NCBI GenBank assembly: GCA_016748015.1
Contig: JAAOMT010000258.1
Location: 851,378-915,377 of the forward strand
Length of the DNA stretch: 64,000 nucleotides
Direction of reading: 5' to 3'
DNA from: Geosiphon pyriformis uo1
Lineage: Eukaryota; Fungi; Glomeromycota
Shown: one piece after another, positions 14,633 to 28,760 of the stretch
How positions within the stretch are numbered: position 1 is the stretch's first letter
Layout of the letters: each line of letters starts with the position of its first letter
Notes under the pieces: model-generated
Seen by the model: only the letters and a program-made list of their open reading frames with translations
Told to the model about the DNA's origin: nothing
Database searches by the model: none
Made by a program: the position numbers and the translations under genes

Positions 14633-14944
14633 TATATAAGGTGAGTTTTGCTGTGTATTGTACTTGTTAAAAAGTTTAAACATTAAAAAATAAAAAATAA
14701 AAAAATGATTTTTCGGGCGATTTTTTAGGATAATTGTAGATCACCTCTATAATTATCTTGGACTTGTCGCGTGCACATTTTTCTTCTTAATTAATCACAA
14801 ATACAAACTTGATCATGTAACAATGCTCATATATACATCTTTTTTATAAATGACTTATTTACAACAAAAGGCTTTTGCCCTTTTTTCCTGCCCTTTCTCT
14901 CTCTCTCTTTTTTCTTATGTAATTTTTCAAGGTGAGTTTCACTG

Positions 14945-15950
14945 GAAGGTCTATCAGATGTTCAATGAAAGTTGGCTGTGGTTTTTTTAATAATAAAAGA
15001 AGAATGTTTTTAACAAACCCCTTGCAGCATATCAGATGATTGAAGATTTATTAGGTGATCAACAAAGTTGGTCATGGTTTTCTTATTGATTGAAGAGAAA
15101 TTTTTCCAACAAATCTTTTGTAACATATTAGATAATTGAAGATCTATCAAGTGCTCAATAAAAGTTGACTGTGATTTTTAAACAATAGAAAAGAAATATT
15201 TTCAACAAACCTCTTGTGGCACACCAGATAATGGAAAATTTATTAAGTGCTCAATGAAAGTTGGCTATGGTCTTCTAAATAATAGAAGAGAAATGTTTCC
15301 AACAAATTTTTTACAGCATACCAGATGATAAAAAATCTATTAGACGCTCAATAAAAGTTGGCCATGATCTTTTAAATGATAGAAAAGAATGTTTTCAACA
15401 AACCTCTTGTGACATACCAGATAATGAAAGGTTTATTAGGTCTTAATAAAAATTGACCATGGTTTTTTAAATAATAAAAAAGAAATGTTTCCAACAAACT
15501 CTTTGTAACACATCAGATAACAAAAGATTTATTAAGTGCTCAACAAAAGTTAGCTGTGGTTTTTTAAATGGTAAAAAAAGAATATTTTTAATAAATTCTT
15601 TATAGCACATTAAATAACAAAAGATCTATTAGGTGCCTAATAAAAGTCGGCTATAGTCTTTTAAATAATAGAAGAAAAATGTTTTTAACAAATCTCTTAT
15701 GGCATATCAGATGACAGAAAATTTATTAGGTGTTTAATAAAAAGTCGGCTATAGTCTTTTAAATAATAGAAGAAGAATGTTTTCAACAAACTTCTTGTAA
15801 CACACCAAATAATTAAAGGTTTATCAAGTGTTCAACAAAAAGTTTGCCATAGTTTTCTTATCAAAAGAAAAAGAATGTTGCTAACAGACTCTTGCAGCAT
15901 ACTAAATGGCAAAAAATTTAAGCAGTATTAAATAAAAGATTTGCCATATT
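14945..15950. repeat. Degenerate tandem array, ~96-97 bp unit, ~10.5 copies
   Basis: Unit starts at ~14945, 15041, 15139, 15233, 15331, 15427, 15522, 15620, 15717, 15815, 15912; shared core aaagt(t/c)gg(c/t)(c/t)(g/a)tgg...aatgtttycaacaaa...gcayayyagat. Confidence 0.9.
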
Positions 15951-17095
15951 TTTAATCTTTGCTCTTTCATGTGTTACTAAAACTTACTCTTTTTTTTGTC
16001 TTGTAATTATAGAAATAAAATAACAAAAACAAATTAATTACTTTAATACACAATTTAAATTACAAGAAATAAAACCTAGTTTTTTTGTAGCAAAAAAGAA
16101 TGAAAAGCTCACAACTATTAAAAATAAAAAAATATTTACATTGTCTTATTATTTTATAGTAGTTTATAGATAAGTTTATCAAAAAGAAAAAAAATATGAA
16201 TGATAAGAATTTTTTATTCAATTGTGTAAAAGTGAAATGGTGGTTTTAGCATTCTAATATTACCAATAAAATGCAAAAAGTTAATTCAAAACCAAATTTA
16301 GATTGATGTGTTATATAGTCAAGTTTCGCAAAGAAAATACATGAAAACTACTAATATTAATGTCACTTCTAGTCGTAAAAAGCTACTTAGACTTATAATT
16401 TTTTTAGGTTTCATTCTTTATTTATATTAACAAATATTTAGTTACTGAAAATTTTTCTACTCTTTTCTTAATATTGTTAATATTATTTTGTTGCTAATTC
16501 TGCTGTTGATAGAAGTCAATAAACCTCTAATAAGCTAATTATTCTTCCAAAGTATTTCTCTATACTTTAGACTGTGTATGCTGTTGGGTTTATAATGGAA
16601 TAGCCAATTCTGTACCAATTACTTGTATAGTTACTTTATGGTAAAAGTTGACTTTTTTACAGGAAAATCTTGTCTTTAAGCTCTTCAAAAATATGTGTAG
16701 TTATTTTGCTGCAAAATTCAACTTTTCTACAGGAAGTCTTGACTGTAAGCTATCTAAATAATAATAAAAAATAATAAAAAATAAACTAAAGACAAAAAAT
16801 AAGAAAATGTGTCAAGGAAGTTGTTTTAGATTTAGGCCTGGAAGTTTCTAACAGTTACTGAAATGAGTGCTAATCAATTTCAAAATGTTAGTATGGAAGG
16901 ATTAATTTTATAACAGAAATAATTAAGAATTTTTATGCTTTTCAAAGTAAGTTTTATTGGAATTGATTTGTATAGAAGATACTGAGAAAGATATTGGTTC
17001 TAATTAAGATACATTTTCTCGAAAAGAGAAGCTCTTCTTTTATACAACTTGTTGTAATACTATTCAATGATCTAGCACTCTTTTTTTTTCTGACA

Positions 17096-17210
17096 TTTTG
17101 GCAAACTAAAGTACATTTTGTTGAACTACAAGTTATTTCTGCAAACTATAGATTATTTTGGTAAACTGTTAAGTATTTCATCAAATTACTAAATATTTCG
17201 ATGAATTCTG
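17096..17210. repeat. Degenerate 20-bp minisatellite, ~5.5 copies
   Basis: ttttggcaaactaaagtaca / ttttgttgaactacaagtta / tttctgcaaactatagatta / ttttggtaaactgttaagta / tttcatcaaattactaaata. Confidence 0.6.
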
Positions 17211-17212
17211 AA

Positions 17213-17412
17213 TGTTACATAGTTCGGTCTAATCATCACACAATTTGGTTATATTTGTGTTCTGTACAAATCGGGTTATTAATTGAATAATAATTCGGAT
17301 AATTTAATAAGATAATAAGTAATAAATTGAAACAATAATATATGCTAATTAATGATAGGAATTATAAAGATAATTTCATACTAAATAATATCTCAAATTT
17401 CGGCTGGTAACA
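17213..17412. mobile_element. Candidate solo LTR or small element with TGTTAC...GTAACA termini
   Basis: 200-bp segment bounded by the same 6-bp inverted termini as the Gypsy LTRs in this window; no clean TSD. Confidence 0.3.
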
Positions 17413-18949
17413 ATGTTAATTATTTAATATAAATAGATTACTAGTTTTTGCATTTTGAAGAAAACATTAAGTGGTAAGATTGGTCATTTAAATTAGACAA
17501 AATCTAAAATGTCCAACTTAAAGTCTAAATATTCAGAAAATTTGGAAGATTTTAATAATTTAGACAATTTTAAGTGGATCAAAAAGCAAGTTTTAATATA
17601 GATTGTTGATTAAATTAGACATAGAAAAGACATATCTTAAGAGTATAAGGCAAGTAATATTCTATTAATTTATAAATGTAAACAATTTTATTTGACCTAA
17701 AATTTTTTAAATTGTGGAGGGTACCAATATATTACTAATTTTACTAAATTATTACCAGTTAATAATTTATAAAATAAAAATGAATATGTTATAAGTAATT
17801 ATTCTTATTAGAAGCTATTAATTTTTTTCTTATTGATTTTGTCTTTTAGTGTGCTAAATCACATCTTCTTATTTGAAGAAATTTTTACATCAAAAACCCA
17901 AAAATGCTTTAATCATGAACTGTTAGTTTCAATTCAAAATGCTTTATCTACTCCAGAATCAATATAATTTCGAATTATTTCTGCCTTACGTAAAGTTTTT
18001 TATAAAAAACATGAAAAAAATATTTATTACACATTTATGGTGTTTAAATCATTTGCATTTCGATAGAAAATTATTAAAATCTGCTCAATTATATAGTAAA
18101 AGCTTTCAAAATACATCTAAACATTTTTTTACATTCTTATAAAAATTCTAATCTATTATAAAACAAATAAATTTGTGGAAAAGTACCTGATAGAGCAATA
18201 ATGAGAACAAAATAAAACGTTTAATGTATAAAAGTCAAAATAAGAAATTATAATAAGATTGTGTTTGATTTTTTATAATTTTTTAATACTAGTCACATAT
18301 TAGTAACATGGAATAAATAATGCTGGGTCCTATTTTTTCATAATTTTTTATGGTAACTATAAAAAAAAATTTTAAATTAAAGTTCTTTAAACTAAACTGG
18401 TATATAAAGTTGAAGTATCATGTACTTATTCTTCAAAAAAATTATTTTATAGTGATAAGATTACTGCTTACTTTTGCTGGCATCACAGTAAAAGTTGAAA
18501 TTATATGTATATATACCATTATTAATTGATTTTACTATATGTTTATAATTTTAAATTTTTAAAATTTGTTAAACTTATTATTATTAAAGATATTTTTATA
18601 GTAATATATTGAATAAATACTGAATAATTTTTTGCTAATTAAAAAGCTTATTATTATTTTACTTGAATAATATTTGCTATTAAGTAAATTTTTGAAAATA
18701 ACCAGTTTACTTTGAAAAATATAATGTTAATTTTTTTGAATTAATTTTTATTTATAGATCAAATAACAAGTTAATAAATAACAAAAAAATAATTATTATG
18801 ATTAGTCTTTAAAAAAATCTGAATATTAGAAATTGATTTATAATTGTTAATAAAAATAATACACTTATTATAATATTTATGTTTTAATTGACATTTTTTA
18901 ATATCTAATAAAAGATGTTATTTGTTTTTTAATAATTATTTATTCTATA

Positions 18950-21000
18950 ATTTTTTTTTAAATTAATAAATACAAATAAATTTAAAGATTGTTATTTTTG
19001 ATTTTAAAATAATCAATAAATCAAGTTAAAAATTTTATTAATAATTTAGTTAATAACTAATTTTAAAAAAAAGATGTTAGATTAATTATTAATATTATAT
19101 ATTTATTATTAATTTAATTAAAAATAAATATCATAAAAAGAAATATTTTTACCTATAATAATCTTTACAATAAACTATGAATTTTGATTTAAAAATTAAT
19201 AAATTTGGTTAAATAAAAATTGTGGCTTTTAATAAGTTATTAAATCAATTATATAATTAAATAAAATATATAGTTTTTTATTAAACAATAGTTTATTGCT
19301 TCTACAAATACAAAAAATTATGATAATTTGTTTTAAATTATAATTTGGTGTTTTTGAAACTATTTAAATAATATATTTATTTATTAACAGCTATTCAAAA
19401 ATAGTTGTCATTTTAGCAAATATTTAATTTACTTTTTTATTAATAATTTGATTAAATATTTTGAATTTAGTTTTATTAAAAAAAATATTACTAATTATTT
19501 CAATAATATTGTTTAAAGTTATAAACCAAAGTATATAATATAATATTCTTAATATTTAAGCTTTTTATTATATTAGCTTTAAATATTATGTTAAAATTTT
19601 ATTTTATAAATATTTTAATATATAGTTAAATTAATATTAATATTAAAAATTTAAATAAACTATTATAAATCAAATTTTTATAATAAATAATAAATAAAAT
19701 AATATTATATTGTAATAAAGATTTTGGTAAATTAAATTAAAGATAAAAAACACTTGAATATTTTAAACAATAAAATTATTAATATTATTTATATTAATTA
19801 TTTTTATTTTTGGAATTAGTTATTAATCGAATTATTATTGTAATTATAGTAAGTTAAGTTTAAAAACAAAACTATAACTGATACTAATCTGTTTAAAAAA
19901 TTAAGATTAAATTAAATTTTTTTTTTAGTTGTATTTAAGAATAATATTAATAAAATTTGTAAGTTAATTTATAAATATTTTAAAATAATTCAGAATTTTT
20001 TTAATTAACTATTTTTATATTATTATTTTTAAATAATATTTTCTCAACAAATTAAGTTTGTTTAAGTTCTAAACAAAAAACATTTAAATTAATTTGTAGA
20101 TATTCATTATTATTTTACAGTTTTTATTGGTTTTAAAAAAATATATATCTTTTTTGAGAAATTAAATATTTCATTTGTTTTTTAACAGTTTTTAAATTCA
20201 GAATTTTATTTACTTAAATAAGTTTAAATTATAACAAAAAAATATAAAATCATTATGAATTCTAAATATATTAATAGTTTTAACTCTTAAGTTACAAATT
20301 AATCTACTAAGTTATGTAAAATAGGCTGAACTTTTTATAATCTAACTTATTATAAAAATTAATAGTTTTAATATTGTATTACAAAAATCAAACTTTATTA
20401 TTTATTTTAAATTTAGGTGTTTTTTGATATTATTTATTTTTTATACTTACTAATACTTTTTTTAAAGTTTTAAATTTTAATAATGTATTTTTTAATCACA
20501 AAAATATTCAATTAAAATTTTATTTATAATTAATAACAAATAATATTATTTTCATCAAAATTTAAAACATACTATTATTTATAAACTTTGTTAATAATAA
20601 TAAATTAAGCCAATTGGCTTGTTAATAATTTATAAAAAAACATAAGTATTGTTCTAAAATTAATAAATATGTTTAACTTAACTATTGATTTAAAAGTAAA
20701 ATACTAAAATCAAAAATTTTAATATTAAAAAGTTAAAAAATATGTTTTTAAAATTGAAAACAAATTAAAAATCATGATTTTAAACAATTGTATTTAGAAA
20801 ACTATATATTTTACAATTTTTTGCTATGGTCACTAAAATTTTTTAGCAAAAAACTTAAAAGTTTTACCAACTTCAAATACTAAACAAATAAATTATTAAT
20901 GACTTTTTTTTAAGACTTATAACTATTCAAATTTTTTAGAACATAAATTTATTATTATAATATATAAATTTATTAGTATATTTATATTTAATTATAAATA
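18950..21000 (+). mobile_element. Ghost Ty3/Gypsy pol (RT-RNaseH-IN) recognisable after reverting G>A/C>T
   Basis: Collinear relic motifs: atg aat ttt gat tta aaa aat (MxFGLKN, ~19177), tat tta aat aat ata ttt att tat (YLDDIFIY, 19361), att aaa tat ttt gaa (IKYxG, ~19452), act gat act aat (TDAS, 19877), aag cca att ggc ttg tta (KPxGLL, ~20607). Confidence 0.55.
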
Positions 21001-24000
21001 AAATAGAATTTAAAATATTATTAATAATTTTTTAAATGAAATTATAATTACTTATAACTTGTTTAATTGCTTTTAAAAGATTTAAATTAGAACAAAAAAA
21101 CAGTAATTTTTAATTGTTTTGCTTTAAATAATATAGTTTCTTATTAGTCATAAATTTCATATTATTTTTTAAAATTTAAATTTTGAATAACATAAAAACT
21201 GAAATAATAAGAAATTTAAGTTTAAATCTGCCAAAAAAATTGATTATCAAGCTTAATACTAATTATATTTTTAAATTATTATAAGATATTAAAGATTTTT
21301 ATAATTACAAAAAATGACAATTAAATATTAAATATTCATAAAATAATAATAATATTGCTTAAAAAAACAATAATTATTATTATAAACTTTATAATTAATT
21401 TTTTGAATAGAAAATTTGTATAAATTAACAAGATTTATGTAAATTAATATAAAAATAAAAATAAAAACTTGTTTCAAAAATTTAAATGTGTTATCAATTT
21501 ATAATAACTATACAAATGGTTTTTTTTTGTTAGATTAATTAATAATATACTATACTTAAATAATTTTTAACAAATTATTAATAAAAATTAGTAAATATAA
21601 AAATTTATTAAAATACTTACAAAGAAAATAATATATCTAAGAAGCTCAACTTGAAACCAATTAAATACATATTTTTTGAACTTAATATATAAATTATATT
21701 AACATAACCACTTTAATATTAGATATATATATATTTTATGTTCTTTTTAATTCTTAAAATAAATGAAAATATTATTTAAATAACAATATTATTAGTAAAT
21801 TTATTGAATTATGTCTTATAATTTGGTGTTATTTCGTAATAGTTTTATTTAAAGCTTTAATTAATTTGAAAGTTTTTAGCTCAAGTATTTTGTATAAAGA
21901 ACAGAAATTTAATAATTTATTGGTTTTTGACACTTGGTGTTTAGCTTTTTTTATACTTTGACAGATTTATTCTGATGTTTTTTATTCTTCTAATAAATAA
22001 TTCAACTTTTTATAAATTTTGTTTTATGTTTTTTTCTGTGTTTTTTACCAAAATATTTTTAATATTATTTTTTTAGTATTGTTTTTTTTCACAAGTTAAT
22101 TCAACACAATTAAATAAACCAAACAACCAAAAAAATAAAATTAATATCTTATTAATAGCAATAATTAAAAGTTATTAGTTTAAAGTAATAATATTTATTT
22201 TATGATTTTAATCTCTAATGTTTAGAAATAGTTTTGAGTTATTTGATTATTAACAATTGTATTTGAAATTTACAAACTTTTTTTTGGTAATAATGAGATT
22301 TTTATAAAAAACAATTAATTAATTTTAAGATAAAAATAATTTCAAGTTTTATAGTTAATTAATTATTTAGTTAATTGTTTTTTATTATTATTATTATATA
22401 TAATCATATTTAATAATATAAAATATTCTGGTATTCTTGGTTATTTTTGATATTTTTATTATTCTTGAAATGTTTTTTCTTATTATGTTATCTTTTTAAT
22501 AATGATATTTAATTGGTTAATTTTATATTATTTAATTTTTTTTATTTTCTACTCAAATACCAATAAATAACAAATTAATATAAGTAATTCTTAAAAATGT
22601 TATTATTAAATGCTAAAAAATAGTAAATACATTTTTTAAATTAATAATATAATTAAATATTGAAAATAGTTAAAATACATCTAAAATATTGTTTTTTAAT
22701 TGTTTTGTTTATGTATTTTTACCAAATTATAAGCCTTTAAAAATCAATTTTTAAAAACACACAAATAGAATACAACTGGTCTAATAATTTAAATCAGAAA
22801 TAATAAATAATAATTTCCTATTATAATATATTTAAGACTTTAAAAATCTACACAAAGCTTAAAGAAACTATTTTTTTTCTTAATAAAAAGTATTAAAGCT
22901 TATTTAAAATGATAAATAATTTTTTTTTAAATTTTTTTTATGTTTTGCAAAGAACTTTTGATTTTGGCTCTGAAAAATTATAAATTGGGCCAAATAAAAA
23001 TGTCTCATTTTTACTAAATCAAAATACCAGTTATAAAAATAATAATTTAACAATAAATCAATTTGCTTCTTATTAAACATATTATCATATTTTTTATAAC
23101 TGATAAATAACTTATTCTTTCCTATTAATGTATTAAAAACAGCTTTAATAGATACAACTTTTCGGAATTTTTAATAGATGATGAGTATTAATAATTTCGA
23201 ACATATTAAAAAACTTAATGATATGTGTTTTCTAATCAATTAGTAGATTAATCTAAAAATAATAGTGTAGTATAAATTCTTAATAACATTAAAGATAAAT
23301 TTTTTAAGGTTAGCAATAATAAGAATTAAACTATTCAGTTTTTGGTTAATATTTTTTGAAACTATAAAATATTTGTTGATAATTTTTAATAACATAAAAT
23401 ACTATTTTTTAATAAATATAATATTATGTTAATCTGCAAAATTTCGATTTATAAAGCAACAAATAGTGTTAGAATTAATTAGTGCTTTTGTAAAATATAC
23501 TAAAACTGAATTTAATAATTTAAATTTTAAGATTATAATTAAAAATAAAAATAGAATTAGATGCCATAAATAACTTTTATTAAGAACAAAACTATTATAA
23601 AACATTTAAAAAAATTGGAAATTTAACAATAAATTGTTAAAAAATTTCGAACTTAAAACTAAAACAAAAACTTGTTTAGAAATAATAAAAGAAATTTGTT
23701 TTTTTATGCTAATAGAATTTTAATTGCTAGTTATAAAAGCTAAAACATTTATATACATAACTCTTATTATGTTTAAATCTAATTCTTTTTAATAAGACAG
23801 CCGAAATATTATTAATTGTTTTTTTGAATATTAACAAGCAATATGGCTAGATTTTTTAGCTTTTGTAAAATTTTTGTAATAAATTGTATTAATTTGTATT
23901 AAATTATTCCAAAATACAATTAATAACTGACTGATTATAATGGATTAAACAAGTACAAATTTACTTATATAAGTTTAAAAACATTATTTCTTATAATATT

Positions 24001-24694
24001 TAAGATATTTATTATTATAACAAACTGTATTTCTAATAGCTTTATTTAATTTATTATTATTTAATAAAATTAGCAATATTATTATATAATTCAAAATAAA
24101 ATTAATAACTAATATTTTTTCTTTCTAATTAATATTATATGTAAACTGCTAAAATATTTTGTTAAAAATAATATAACTGATTAAAGTCTAAATTTTGTCT
24201 GTATTTTTAAATATTGTTTTAAAATTTTTAAGCAATATAAATTAATAAAACAAATAAAATAAAAACTGTATCTGTAAACAATATATTAATTAATTTAATT
24301 TGACTTGTATTATTTAAATAATATAAATTAACTTTTTATTTTTAAATTTTTTTTAAAAAATAGGAAATAAAATATTTATAAAATTAATTTTATTATTATT
24401 AAGTAAAAAATTAACAAAAATAAAAATATTATTAATTAATCAATTATGTATTTAATAATTAATTACATATTTAATACAATAATTAATATTTATTTAATAT
24501 TTATTTAATAATTAATTATATAATTAACATAATATTTTAATAAAAATAAAAAATTTACAAAGTATTAGTTATAATAAAAAATGTTAACAATAACTTAAAA
24601 TAATTAGTTATATTTTTATGTTTAAAACTTTTAATTTTTAATTATCTTATTTAAATATTTATATTAAATTATATTAAAAATTAGTTATTAATAT

Positions 24695-24775
24695 AATTAT
24701 TAACTTGATTAATAACTTAATTATTAATTTAGTTATTGATTTAATTATTGAATTAAATATTAATTAAATTATTAA
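24695..24775 (+). repeat. Ghost of the 12-bp LTR internal repeat (gatcattgacct family)
   Basis: aattattaactt gattaataactt aattattaattt agttattgattt aattattgaatt versus LTR units gatcattgacct gatcaatgacct ... agtcgttgacct; differences are nearly all C>T/G>A. Confidence 0.55.
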
Positions 24776-27299
24776 AAATATAAAAATTTAAATATACTCA
24801 AATTAGCATATTAATATCAACTTTTTTTTATTATTTTTTTTTCTTAATTTGTATAATTTTTAGTTTTTGTTAAATATATGAATAAATATTTATTAAAAAA
24901 TACTATTAATACTTAATATTAAATTTTAAAAGTATTAATATAAAGCATAAAATTATATCAATATATTATTTTTGATTATAATATAAATTATTTCTTTATT
25001 TTTAAATTTTTTTGTTATTTTTTAGAAAAATAATAACTGAAATATTTATAAAACTAATTTTATTATTTATTAAAATTAAATCATTTTTAATTATTTTTAT
25101 TACTGTTTTTTTATTATTTATTAATATATTATATCTAACTGTAATAATATTATAAAATAGCCAAAAATTATTTAAAATAACTAATAATAACAAAAAATAA
25201 TACAAAATAATAAAATATAATTAAATATATTGCAAATTTTTAAAAACATTTTATATTATTAAAAATATATATATATACAATTTTAATTAAATAAATAAAA
25301 TTTTCAATTAATTAATAAATACAATATTTTTTTTATTTGTAGTTATTTCGAAAAATTATTATAAGATCTTATTAAATCCAAAACTATTAAGAATTTAACT
25401 TATAATATTATATGTTAATTTTTACAAATTGAATTTACTTCTTTAGTTAAATTATTTTTTTGATTGTTTTTTATTATTTATTAGTATATTAGACTTAATA
25501 AGTTTTTATAATACATTAAAACATTTTACTTATATAAATCTTTGTAGTTAATATTTAAAATAAAGTTTTTAAGTTATTTTTAAATAACTTAGTACTTTTA
25601 CTTAACAATTTTATTTTTAAAACTCTGTTTTATTAACGTTAATTGTGTTTTTTATAGTTAATTAAGTATTTAATAATCATTTTTTAGTTGTATATTTTAC
25701 AAATTTAAATTTTGTTTTATAAAAAAGCTTTTTTTAAAGATTAATTATAATAATAATTTAATTTTTTTATATTTAATACTATGTATTTTTTTTATAATTA
25801 TTAATAATATTAAATATAATACTTTATTATAATTTAAACAATAAAAATAATAATTATAAATAAAAATTATTGATTTAAAATATCAATAAATAAAAATTAG
25901 TTGTATTTAATTTAAATTAAGTATTTTAATATGAAATAATCTAAATAAAACATCTGTTTTAAAAACTATATTGGACAATCATATGACTTTTGATCCATTT
26001 ATGTAATATAAAATAAATAATATAAATTAATATTATAAAATAAAAATATATAATATTGTATTATATAAATATTATACAAATACTTAGAATAATTATATGA
26101 ATATAATATATAAATAAATAATTAAAAAAAATCAGAAAATATGTCATTAGTATAGTTTTATTGTCAATTAATTATTACTAATTGAATAAAAAAATCCAAA
26201 AATATGTAATTTAAATAACAAGTAACTTATTTTGAAACCTTATTATTAATTATAAATAATAATAATGTAATTCAATCAGTTTTATTTCGTATAACTGTTG
26301 TTTTTTTTATGCAACTTGTCGTATTTGCATTTTTTTAGATAATTGTAACTTTTTCATGCAATATTTATACTTTTTAAAGTTTTTGTATATAAAAGAGTCA
26401 AAAAAGCCAGTTTTATTAAAGATAAAGACCAAATTTTATATACAAAGTATGAATTATAAGTTTTAAATATTAAAAAGCAATAAATTATGATAAAACTAAC
26501 TATTTAAACAAAAATCATTTAAAACTACGATTTTATTAATATTCTAGTTTAAATATATTAACATCTTTTTTTTTTAATACTAATATTTAATTTTTTTAAT
26601 ATTAAAATTTAAAATTGACAATTATAGACAAAAAAAAACATCTAAACAAATATTAATAGATAATAATAAAAAAATACACATTAAAATCTTAAAATTTTTT
26701 TACTAATATAAAACTTATTCTTAATATAAAATACATTTTTAATCAAGATATAAATAAAAATATTCATATTTTTATTAGTAATTTTTTTTAGTATTATAAT
26801 ACTTTTTTATATAAAGCATCTAAATCAAATTATTAAATTTGCTAGAATTTTAGAAATAAAGATAAGATTACATATTAAAAAAAATATGATAAATTACTTC
26901 AAGTTTTATTTATTTTATTTATAGATATATTAGATTTTTATGTTAATTATATCTTTTTATTATAAAAAACTATAGTAAGCAAAAAAAATTTAATATTATT
27001 TAGAAAAAATTAAAGCTATATTTAAAAGTTACATTAAATATTGTAATTACAAATGCAAATTTAGTGATCATTAATAATTAAAAAAAATACATTTTTATAA
27101 CTATAATCATAAATTAAAGCATTAATATTACAAATAACATATTAATATTAATTCTTTACAAAATGTTTTATTTATAATTCTTACAACTTTTGTTAATATA
27201 CACAATTACTCACTATATTTTAATATTTAATATTTTTAAAAATGTTTTTAACAAAATTTATTTGTTATTAAAAATAGAAATCTGTTAATTAATACTTAA

Positions 27300-28760
27300 A
27301 AAAAGCTATTAAAAACAAATTTTCAAATGAGTTCATTTTTGACTGTAATTTTTTAAATATAATACAAAAATTTAAAATTTATATTAATAAAAAACTAGAT
27401 GTATTATGTCTATTAACAATATTTTTTGACCACAAATTATATAATTATTAATAAATTATGTCTTGTTGTACAAGCTTTTATGTTAAACAAAACAATTAAG
27501 TTGTATAAATAAATTTTGAAATATATAAAAACAACAACAATAATATAATCATTAATATTTTTTATAAATTTAAATTCTATAGCTAATGTTGTAATCAAAC
27601 AAACATACAAAACTTTATATTTAATTTGCTGTATTTTTGCATTAACCAAAATCTCAAAATTAACTTTTATAATTAATACAACAGTATTATTTATAACTTT
27701 TTTATATACTGTAATAATTTGTATAAAGAAAATTTTTATGAACAATAATCTTAGCTTACAGAAAAATTTTCTAAAGTTAAAAATTATTTGATCAAAGCTC
27801 TTTATTTTAATTGATAAACATAAATCTGTGTATTTATATTAAAATTATTTTACAATTGAAATTTAAATTACTTTTTATGTTGAAAATTTTAACTATATTA
27901 TTAAGTATATATTGATAGCAAATAGTAATTTATTTAATTTATTTAATATATTGAATTTAAGACTTCAAAATAAGACTTAGTAAAATTATTTTTTTAAATA
28001 TTAAACTAAGTTTTTTTGTATAAAAATAATATTGATTAATTATAATATTTTTTTAGAAGTTGACAAACAAATAATTAAATATTTTACTTTTTATATATTG
28101 TCTATAAAATTATTAAAAATAACACAATATCTATATTTTGTTATAAAACAAATTAATATTATAAATAATTATATTAAAGTAAATAAAATTTAACACAAAT
28201 ATTTAAAATTATTTCAATAAGTTTAATATTTTATTATCTTTAAAATTTTAATACTAACATAATAAATAGATTTTTAATAATTTATATAATATTAAACAAA
28301 ATTTTTTAAAATCAATAATTGCTAAAATTGGCAAAAAAAATGTTTAAGAACTTTCAAAAATTAAAAACATATAATTTAAAGACATATATCTGTATTTTGT
28401 GATAGTAGTTAATTATATTCTTATTTTGTTCATATATATTCAATATATCTTACAGCATTATTAGTTGTTATTATTTTAAAGCAATAATACACTCAAAAAT
28501 TACAAAATTCTATATTTAAATAATACCTATTTAGTAATATAATAATAAACAAAAAAACAATAATATAATTATAAATGCTTGTTGTTTTGTAGACCAAGAA
28601 TTAACAAAAATTATCTAAGCAAAATACTAATGCCAAATCTCTTAATTATAGCTAAATTAGTAACATGTATTTTATATTATATAATATAATAAAAAATCAA
28701 ATATATAAAAGTGTAGAAACTAGTACAAAATGCTATCTAATTTGCTGTTATTTATGATAA
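27300..28760 (+). mobile_element. Possible ghost MULE/SWIM transposase
   Basis: Relic motifs in order: EFIFDC(T)F (~27329), FIL(T)DK (~27801), YNYK....RPRI(D) (28564-28605), YLIC(R)(H)L SWIM-like CxH (28734-28754). Confidence 0.35.

Noticed and set aside
14263-14670. 135-aa and 61-aa F/L/S/P-rich ORFs
   Set aside because: Artefacts of a stop-free polypyrimidine tract
14945-15950. CRISPR-like array
   Set aside because: The whole ~96-bp unit is repeated, with no unique spacers and no cas genes; eukaryotic context
22930-23050. Possible minus-strand integrase zinc-finger ghost (GHFG..K..FYWP..C)
   Set aside because: Needs several indels and no collinear supporting motifs were found
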